Shown here: positions 9,997-16,966 of the stretch, in pieces
Position numbering within the stretch: the first letter of the stretch is position 1
Layout of the letters: each line of letters starts with the position of its first letter
Assembly (NCBI GenBank): GCA_963750335.1
Contig: CAVVQD010000001.1
Location: 296,237 to 336,236, forward strand
Source of the DNA: an uncultured Actinomycetota bacterium
Lineage (GTDB): Bacteria > Actinomycetota > Actinomycetes > Actinomycetales > JBBAYJ01
Reading direction: 5' to 3'
Length of the DNA stretch: 40,000 nt
Notes under the pieces: generated by a model
The model's database searches: none
What the model was told of the DNA's origin: nothing
What the model saw: the letters and a program-made list of their open reading frames with translations, nothing else
Made by a program: the position numbers and the translations under genes

Positions 9997-10803
9997 ATGT
10001 CTACGCAGTACCCGCCGGCCACCCAGCCCGGCCCCGCCGGTGACCCCACCCCCTACGGTGCCCCGGCGCACGCCCCTCAGGGCACCGACACCGTGTCTGT
10101 CCTGGGCTTGGTGTTCGCTTTCTTGTTCTGGCCGGTCGGGCTCATCCTCAGCATCGTCGGCATCACGAGGACGGGCAAGGGCAAGCGGAACGGGCGCGGC
10201 CTCGCGATCGCCGGACTGGTCGTGTCGCTGCTGGCAGGCGTCGTGGCCATTGCCGTGATCGCCACTATCGCGAGCGCCGCCGACAACGCTGCGACTGAGC
10301 TCGATGCGGCCGGCGATCAGTTCCAGGAGGACATGGCGGAGCTTGAGGCGTCCGCGGACGCGTTGGCTCCTTCGGCTCCCGCCGACGCGGCAGCCACCGA
10401 GGAGGTAGCGGTCAGCGTGGGTCAGCCGGCCACAGTCGGCGACGTCACCTTCACCGTCAACTCCGAGGAGTGCGGCGCCACCTCGGTCGGGGACGAGAAC
10501 TTCGGCGTGACGGCGCAGGGCACCTACTGCTTCTTCGGTGTGACGGTCCTCAATGGCAGCACGGAGCCTTTCCTCTTCGACAGCTCAAGCGTCACCGGGT
10601 ACCTCGGCGAGGCTGAGTACAGCGCCGACGGCGAGGCCGCCATCTACCTGCCTGACAACGACGCGTTCCTGGAGGAGATCAACCCCGGGAACACCGTCAC
10701 CGCCACGGTCGTCTTCGACGTGCCCGCCGGTGCTCAGCTCAATCGCCTCGAGCTGTCGCCCGGCTTCCTTTCCAGCGAGCGTGCTGTGGTGACGCTCCGC
10801 TGA
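9997..10803 (+). CDS. DUF4190 (N-terminal membrane) + DUF4352 (Ig-like) domain protein
   Basis: ATG at 9997 with a 'GAGCAGGAG' RBS. Pro-rich N-terminus, two TM helices ('VSVLGLVFAFLFWPVGLILSIVGI', 'LAIAGLVVSLLAGVVAIAVIA'), then 'VGDVTFTVN...GTYCFFGVTVLNGSTEPF...TVVFDVP', typical of DUF4352. Third-position GC is visibly lower than in the neighbours. Confidence 0.65.
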   Translation: MSTQYPPATQPGPAGDPTPYGAPAHAPQGTDTVSVLGLVFAFLFWPVGLILSIVGITRTGKGKRNGRGLAIAGLVVSLLAGVVAIAVIATIASAADNAATELDAAGDQFQEDMAELEASADALAPSAPADAAATEEVAVSVGQPATVGDVTFTVNSEECGATSVGDENFGVTAQGTYCFFGVTVLNGSTEPFLFDSSSVTGYLGEAEYSADGEAAIYLPDNDAFLEEINPGNTVTATVVFDVPAGAQLNRLELSPGFLSSERAVVTLR

Positions 10804-10821
10804 TTTCGGCCAGCGTGGAGG

Positions 10822-10853
10822 GCCCGCGGACCATCAGGTCCGCGGGCTTTCTG
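10822..10853 (+). terminator. Intrinsic terminator-like hairpin after the DUF4352 gene
   Basis: 'GCCCGCGGACC'-ATCA-'GGTCCGCGGGC' (perfect 11-bp stem) is followed by 'TTTCTGCTG'. It sits in the convergent intergenic gap. Confidence 0.6.
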
Positions 10854-10886
10854 CTGTCTCGACGCGCGACATGTCCGTCCCGCATC

Positions 10887-11849
10887 TCACGACAACCAGA
10901 ACCGTCGCCAGGGGGCCGACGGCCCGCGACGGGTCGCCGCCTCACCCTCGGCCAGGTCGAGCCCGCGCAGCGACGGGGTGCCGCGGACCGCGTGCGCGAG
11001 GTGCTGGTGCGCCCAGTCCTCGTCGTGGTCGTGCTCCCGGTCGTCTCGGCCGCACACCAGCACCCACTGCGTCCGGCCGCGGGTGCGGGCGTGGATCACC
11101 GTCATCGGGCTCTCCCCGTCCAGCACGACGTGGCGGCAGGCGGCCGCGAGGTGCTCGGCCGGCGTCCCCAGCTGCCAGCCGGGGTCGGCGGCCACCCCGT
11201 CGGTGGGCACGGCCGGGGCACGCCACCCGGGGGGCTGCTCCGCCGAGGTGTCGCGCCCGCCCGGCTGCCACCCGAACACGCCCTGGGCGTCCGGCCACAC
11301 CAGCTGCAGCGCGCGCGGCGGGCGGCGGTGCAACCACGAGGACAGCCGCACCGTCTCGTCCGCCGCGGCGGGGGTGAGCTCGTCGACCACCAGGGGGTGC
11401 CAGGCGAGGGCGCCCTCCACCACGGTCCCCACGGCCAGCCGGTGCCCGCCCACCACCACCCGCTCCGCGACGTCATTGAGCACCTGCGCCATGAGCGCGA
11501 GGGGTTGTCCCGACATCAGCAGCTCGGGGTGGCCGGCCCGGTGGCCAAGCCCGACCGTGTAGACGAACGCCGGGTCGTCCCCGCTCGCGCCCACCCCGGT
11601 GAGGTGCCAGCCGGCGGCCCGCACGTTGCGCAGGACCGGTCCGCCGGTGTCGTCCGGGGCGCTGCTGTCACGACCCGGCCGGCAGAGCCGGCACGTGCAG
11701 CCGCGCGCGACCGGCCTCCGGCGGGCGGCCACCGCCCCGGGCGACGGGTCCGGGCGCAGCGCTGGACGGAGCGCGGTCGCGGGCAGGACGGCGTTGTCGC
11801 GGACCGCGCAGCCGCAGGTGCAGGTGCGCTCGGACGGGGTGCGGCTCAT
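10887..11849 (-). CDS. DUF4262 domain protein with a Cys-rich N-terminal region and a C-terminal extension
   Basis: This is the C-terminal 320 aa of the 746-aa ORF 10887..13127. 'VLRNVRAAGWHLTGVGASGDDPAFVYTVGLGHRAGHPELLMSG' matches the DUF4262 core and is preceded by 'CTCGCA...CTCRLC'. The ATG at 11849 is the first Met after the upstream gene's stop, so the start is uncertain. Confidence 0.6.
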   Translation of the reverse strand: MSRTPSERTCTCGCAVRDNAVLPATALRPALRPDPSPGAVAARRRPVARGCTCRLCRPGRDSSAPDDTGGPVLRNVRAAGWHLTGVGASGDDPAFVYTVGLGHRAGHPELLMSGQPLALMAQVLNDVAERVVVGGHRLAVGTVVEGALAWHPLVVDELTPAAADETVRLSSWLHRRPPRALQLVWPDAQGVFGWQPGGRDTSAEQPPGWRAPAVPTDGVAADPGWQLGTPAEHLAAACRHVVLDGESPMTVIHARTRGRTQWVLVCGRDDREHDHDEDWAHQHLAHAVRGTPSLRGLDLAEGEAATRRGPSAPWRRFWLS

Positions 11850-11901
11850 CCCGGGAGGGTGCGCCGGACCCCGGACACAAGGCCCCGCGACGCCGCGGGC
11901 C

Positions 11902-13127
11902 TCAGCCCAGCGCGGCGGCCAGCGCCCCGAGCAGCCGGTCCACGTCCTCGTCGTCCGTGTACGGCGCCACCCCGATCCGCAGCCCGCCCTCGTCGCCCAG
12001 GCCGAGCCAGCGGCTGGCCTCCAGGGCGTAGAAGTGCCCCGCGGGGGCGTTGACCCCGGCCGCGGCCAGGGCGTGCATGAGGTCGGCGGCCGGACGGTCC
12101 GCCGAGGTCGGCGAGCAGCGTCGGGGTGCGGGACGCGGCGCGCGACCAGACGGTAGCCCCAGGTCGAGCAGACCGGTCTCGATGCGCTCGCGGAGCCGGT
12201 CCTCGTGCTCCTCGAGCACCGCCATCGCGGCGAGGAGCCGGGCCCTGCGGTCGCCTTCGGTAGCGGCCGGCGCCAGGGAAGCCAGCAGGTCGATCGCGGC
12301 GGTGGTCCCGGCGACGAGCTCGTACGGCAGGGTGCCCAGCTCGTAGCGCTCCGGGACGGCGTCGGAGCTGGGGAGCAGCTTGTCCGGGCGGAGCTCCTCG
12401 AGCAGGTCCGGCCCGGCCGGTGAGCACGCCGTGGTGCGGGCCCAGGAACTTGTACGGCGAGCAGACGAAGGTGTCGGCCCCCAGCGCGGCGACGTCGACC
12501 GCGGCGTGCGCAGCGAGGTGGACCCCGTCCACGTGCACCAGCGCCCCGGCCTCGTGCGCGACGGCGGCGACCGCGGGCAGGTCCGGGCGGGTGCCGATGA
12601 GGTTCGACGCCCCGGTCACGGCGACCAGGCGGGTCCGCGGGCCGACGACGGCGGCCACCTCGGCGGGGTCGAGCTCGCCGGTCGCCGGGTCGAACGGCGA
12701 CCCAGCGGACCGTCGCGCCGACGGCCTCGGCCGCGAGCACCCAGGGGCGGATGTTGGCGTCGTGGTCGAGCCGGGTGACGACCACCTCGTCGCCGGGACC
12801 CCAGCCCTGCGACAGCGTGCGCGCCAGCTGGAAGGTCAGCTCGGTGGCGCTGCGCCCGAGCACCACCGTGTCGGCCGGCACCCCGAGCAGGTCGCCGAGC
12901 GCGGCCCGCCCGCCCCGGACGATGACGTCGGCGTTGCGGGCGGCCTGGTTCACGGTGCCCCGGTTCGACAGCGGCGCCAGCAGGGCGTCGCGGACCGCGT
13001 CGGCGACCACGTCGGGGGTCTGGGTGCCGCCCGGCCCGTCGAAGTACGCGGTGCGGTCGGCGAGCTGGGGGAAGTGCGCGCGCAGGGCGGCGACGTCCAG
13101 GGCGTGCGCGGTCGGGAGGTCGGTCAC
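11902..13127 (-). pseudogene. Class-V aminotransferase / cysteine desulfurase family protein. Needs about four frame corrections.
   Basis: The gene reads through these segments:
- N-terminus 'LRAHFPQLADRTAYFDGPGGTQTP...VVTRLDHDANIRPW' in the frame of ORF 10887..13127
- 'FDPATGELDPAEVAAVVGPRTRLVAVTGASNLIGT...VHVDGVHLAAH...CSPYKFLGPHHGVLTG' in the frame of ORF 11846..12658
- 'PDLLEELRPDKLLPSSDAVPERYELGTLPYE...MAVLEEHEDRL' in the frame of ORF 11902..12225
- a short excursion ('ATVWSRAASRTPTLL'), then back to 'AADLMHALAAAGVNAPAGHFYALEA...*'
Frame changes lie near ~12695, ~12414, ~12156 and ~12098. Confidence 0.8.
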
Positions 13128-13285
13128 GACCGCGATCGTGCCGTGCCGGGCGGCCGCGCGCCGCTCGGTCCAGGGCGCGTCCGGTGATACCGACGCGGCA
13201 TCCCCAGCGCGCTGGAACCGGTCGGGGTGACCGTGTGCCTCCCTGCACGCTCGTCCGCGTCTGCGCGGGACGCCGGTGTGCGCCG

Positions 13286-13531
13286 TCAGCGGTCGGCGGG
13301 CTCCCCGTCCGGCGGCGGGACGTCCTCGGGCGGGGCGTCGGACCCTGGTTCCGTCAGCGGGAACGGAGGACCGGAGCTGTCGAACCCGACGGCGAATCCG
13401 TACTTGGCCGGGTTGTCGACGACCCGTCGTTCGTCGGCGGGCACGGCCGCGCGTCGGGCGCGTGCGGCGCGCGCCTCGGCGATGCGCCGGCGCTGCTGCT
13501 CGTCCGGCTGCCAGGTCTCGTCATCGGGCAC
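13286..13531 (-). CDS. Small hypothetical protein (81 aa)
   Basis: GTG start preceded by a 'GGAAGAGG' RBS-like motif. Strong GC3 bias in this frame. No recognisable domain. Confidence 0.4.
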   Translation of the reverse strand: MPDDETWQPDEQQRRRIAEARAARARRAAVPADERRVVDNPAKYGFAVGFDSSGPPFPLTEPGSDAPPEDVPPPDGEPADR

Positions 13532-13649
13532 GGGGGACCTCTTCCATGACGATGTGGTGGACGCCGTCTACTGTCTCGTGCCTCAGGACCCGAACCGGGT
13601 GCCGCGCGTCAAACGGAAATCTGCTCCCAGGGGGCTACGTCGCCCGCCA

Positions 13650-13887
13650 CACCCGGGGGGCCTGGCCGCGCCGCTCGGGCGGATCACGCCGAAGACGTTC
13701 GTCCTGCCGATCGAGGAGGACATGCTCTTCCCGCCGCGCGACTGCGAGCCCAGCAGGTGCTGATCCCCTGCAGCCAGCTGCGGTGCCGGGGAGCATCACC
13801 GGGCACTTCGGGCTCTTCAGGTTCGAGCCGACCTACCTGGCCGCGGTGGACGAGGCGCTGGGGGAGCTGCTGGCGACGGAGGTGTGA
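13650..13887 (+). pseudogene. 5'-truncated remnant of an alpha/beta-hydrolase (homoserine O-acetyltransferase-like family). Only the C-terminal ~80 codons remain, with an internal frame change.
   Basis: 'GGLAAPLGRITPKTFVLPIEEDMLFPPRDCE' (frame of ORF 13227..13763) continues as '...GSITGHFGLFRFEPTYLAAVDEALGELLATEV*' (frame of ORF 13276..13887). No matching N-terminal ~290 codons exist upstream. The left coordinate is approximate. Confidence 0.45.
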
Positions 13888-13899
13888 GGCGCTGACGGC

Positions 13900-14432
13900 T
13901 CAGAGCTGGGCGGCGTAGCAGAACAGGGCGACGGCCGTCCGTCCCTCAACACCCTGCAGGAGGGCGACGTTCAGCTCGGAGGCGAGTGCCACGGTGTCAT
14001 TGAAGGTGCTGACCGCGTCGTAGGCCGGCGCCGTAGGTGCGTTGGCGAGGATGTTCGGGGCCAGCCCTTCTGGGGTGACGGGGGTGCCGCCGAGGACCTC
14101 GTCGCAGGCCGTCTTCGCCGTTCCCTTCCGATGGCGGCCCCGGTGATCCGTTTCCACGTGGACCTAGGCGTGGTGGTGACCACATTCTCGACGATGGCGG
14201 GCTCCACCTGGGCGGTGAGAGCAAGGCGCTCCACGTCATCCGTCGCGAGGACCAGTGAGTCGGACGCTGTCAGCCCGATGCGGGCGAGGTCGTCGGCGGT
14301 GGTGCTGGCAACCCGGACGCCGCTGCTGCAGCCAGCGAGGACGAGCAGCACGAGCAGCACGAGCACCGACGCGACCGGCGTCCTGGGCCGACGAGATGGC
14401 TCGGTCCTCAGGGACCGACTTGGACCAGACAT
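13900..14432 (-). pseudogene. Lipoprotein (hypothetical). Needs one frame correction.
   Basis: Signal peptide plus lipobox 'VLVLLVLLVLAGC' in ORF 13971..14432. After '...VVTTTPRSTWKRITGAAIG' the protein continues as 'KGTAKTACDEVLGGTPVTPEGL...FCYAAQL*' in ORF 13900..14157. One base appears to be missing near ~14131. Confidence 0.6.
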
Positions 14433-14496
14433 GGACGGCTCCGGGGCGGGCTCGTCACCATCGGCCCGCCATCTCAGTCGCCGCAGGTGGTTCCCG

Positions 14497-14910
14497 CTAC
14501 CGGGGACCCTCGTGGGACCTCTGATCCACGGGGTGGCCGGGATGCCTGTCTCCTGCCCCGGAGCGCGAACGGTCGGGGGCCGCGCCGAAAACCTGCTCGA
14601 CCGGGAACCTCAGCTGGTTGCTCGCCAGCTTGTGAAGCGCGGCCCCGGCCAGGTCGACCCCGAGCACGTCGGCCAGCCTGACGAGGTACAGGAGGACGTC
14701 CGCGAGCTCTGACGACATGGCGTCGCTGAGCGGCGCGGTCCGAAGCGCCTTGGTGGCGTTCTCGGCCGGGAGCCACTGCACGAGCTCGGCCACTTCTCCC
14801 ACCTCGCCGACGAGGGCGAGGACCAGAGACTTGGGGTCGTGGAACTGGCTCCAGCCACGGTCGTCCGAGAACCGGCGCATGGCCTCGGTGATGGCACTCA
14901 AGTCGCCCAC
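14497..14910 (-). CDS. MazG-like nucleoside-triphosphate pyrophosphohydrolase, DCTPP1 (dCTP pyrophosphatase 1)-like
   Basis: 'FSDDRGWSQFHDPKSLVLALVGEVGEVAELVQW...SSELADVLLYLVRLADVLGVDL...KLASNQLRFP' closely resembles the DCTPP1/MazG-like four-helix core (EVGE...E..D metal ligands). I prefer the GTG at 14910 because the upstream extension to the ATG at 15009 has poor GC3. GC3 is lower than the genomic norm. Confidence 0.75.
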   Translation of the reverse strand: MGDLSAITEAMRRFSDDRGWSQFHDPKSLVLALVGEVGEVAELVQWLPAENATKALRTAPLSDAMSSELADVLLYLVRLADVLGVDLAGAALHKLASNQLRFPVEQVFGAAPDRSRSGAGDRHPGHPVDQRSHEGPR

Positions 14911-15053
14911 GGCTCCAAGCGTTCCACGCGCACACAGCCACCGGTACGACGTAGGGTCTGCGTCGCGGCCCGACCGGCTTCCGTCGCCCTCACCGGCGGC
15001 ACAGGACATGCCCCCACCCGCACGATTATTCGTGCTGCCCTGGGGGTCCGTCC

Positions 15054-16933
15054 GTGTCGCTCTACCGGCACGTCCGCGGCTGCCCTCGCCGCCGAGGACC
15101 CGGAGTCCGTGGTCGAGCGGTTGTTGGTGCAGATGCTGCACACGGCCGGGGCCAGGGCCGGGGTGAGCGAGCAGCGCTCCTGGCGGGCGAGTCTCCCGGT
15201 GCTGGCCGCGACCTCGTCCACGCGGGGTTGGGGCAGGTCGAGATGCTCCTGGAGCACCCCCTCCCGCTCACCTCACGACGGGCCGACGTCGTCCTGGCTG
15301 GCGTGCACCCACAGACCGGTGAGTCGTCCTACGTGGTGGTCGAGCTCAAGCAGTGGACCGAGGCGTCCGCGTTCGAGGGCGACCCGACGCTGGTGGAGGT
15401 GCCAGGGGCCCCCGGGGGCCCGCGGCTGCACCCGGTTCGACAGGTCGGCGGCTACGTCGACTACTTCCGCAACTACCTCCGTGTCCTGGAGGACCAGCCC
15501 GACGCCATGGTGGGGGCGGCGTACCTGCACAACGCGACCGACCCCGGCAAGGTCGCCGACCTCCGCCTGCTGCCGGAGTCCCCGGCGGGCCGCCTCTTCA
15601 CCGGTGCGGACCGGGGCGCGTTCCACGAGTTCCTCCGCAGCCGCCTGGCGCCGTCGGTCTCGGGGGCAGTCCACGCCGACCGCCTCCTGCAGTCCCAGGT
15701 CGCTCCGAGCACCCAGCTGCTCAAGGTGGCGGCCGACGAGGTCCGCGATCGCGAGCAGTTCCGTCTTGTGGGCGACCAGCAGCTGGCCGTCGACCATGTC
15801 CTCCATGCCGTCGAGGCGTCTCGACAGGCCGACCGCAAGCGCGTCGTCGTGGTGAGCGGGGGGCCGGGCAGCGGCAAGAGCGTCGTCGCGCTGTCGCTGC
15901 TGGGGGAGCTGTCCCGCCGAGGGCGGACCGTCCTGCACGCCACCGGTTCACGGTCGTTCACGCAGACGCTCCGGAAGGTCGTCGGTCACCGCGCTCCCGA
16001 CGTGCGATCGATGTTCAAGTACTTCAACCAGTTCATGGACGCGCGGCGCAACGACCTCGACGTGCTCATCCTGGACGAGGCGCACCGGATCCGGGAGACC
16101 TCGGTGAACCGGTACACCAGAGCCCAGTTCCGTACAGGTCGGCCCCAGATCGACGAGCTGGTCGCGGCCGCTCGGGTGCCGGTCTTCCTGCTCGACCAGC
16201 ACCAGGTGGTGCGGTCGGGGGAGATGGGCTCCCGCGAGGTGCTCGACGCGTTCGTCGCCGACCAGGGCCTAGACGTCGTGCACATCAGCCTCGACGACCA
16301 GTTCCGTTGCGGCGGGAGCCAGGAGTACGTCCAGTGGGTGCAGCAGCTGCTCGGACTGCGCCCGGTGCGGCTGAGCCGTGGACCGGGGACGACCGCTTCG
16401 AGGTGGTCGTTGCCGACGCACCCGAGGAGCTGGAGCAGATCTTGCGCAGCCATACGGAAGCCGGCTACTCCGCCCGCATGTCGGCCGGCTACTGCTGGCC
16501 GTGGAGCAACCCGCGCGACGACGACACCCTCGTCCCGGACGTGCGGGTCGAAGGCTGGGCGAGGCCGTGGAACGTCAAGGCCGAGCGCCGCGTGGGGGAC
16601 GCGCCGCCGGCGTCGCTGTGGGCTACCGAGGACGGCGGCTTCGGCCAGGTGGGCTGCGTCTACACCGCACAGGGCTTCGAGTACGACTGGAGCGGCGTGA
16701 TCCTGGGTCCGGACCTGGTGTGGCGAGACGGCCGGTTCACGAGCGTGCGTGCTGCCAACCGCGACCCTGAGTTTCGGAACCGGAACAAGGTGAGCGACCC
16801 TGACTTCGACCGGCTGGTGCGCAACACCTACAAGGTGCTGCTCACTCGGGGCATGCAGGGGACGGTGCTGTATTCGACGGACGCGGAGACGCGTGCGGCG
16901 CTGCGAAGGCTGACTCGCAGCTCGAAGGGCTGA
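15054..16933 (+). pseudogene. DUF2075 family protein: N-terminal PD-(D/E)xK nuclease-like motif, P-loop/DEAH ATPase and SF1-like C-terminal domain. Needs two to three frame corrections.
   Basis: The gene reads through these segments:
- 'DPESVVERLLVQMLHTAGARAGVSEQRSWRASLPVLAA' in the frame of ORF 14839..15855
- 'DLVHAGLGQVEMLLEHPLPLTSRRADVVLAG...YVVVELKQW' (D...ELK), Walker A 'VVSGGPGSGKSVVAL' and Walker B 'VLILDEAHRI' in ORF 15054..16700
- 'EPWTGDDRFEVVVADAPEEL...GYCWPWS...VGCVYTAQGFEYDWSGVILGPDL...YKVLLTRGMQG' in ORF 15353..16933
Frame changes lie near ~15211 and ~16370. A third, near ~15070, is possible if the GTG at 15054 is the start. The start is uncertain. Confidence 0.75.
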
Positions 16934-16966
16934 ACCCGGCGAAAGCCGCGTGCCTGAAAGCTCCCC

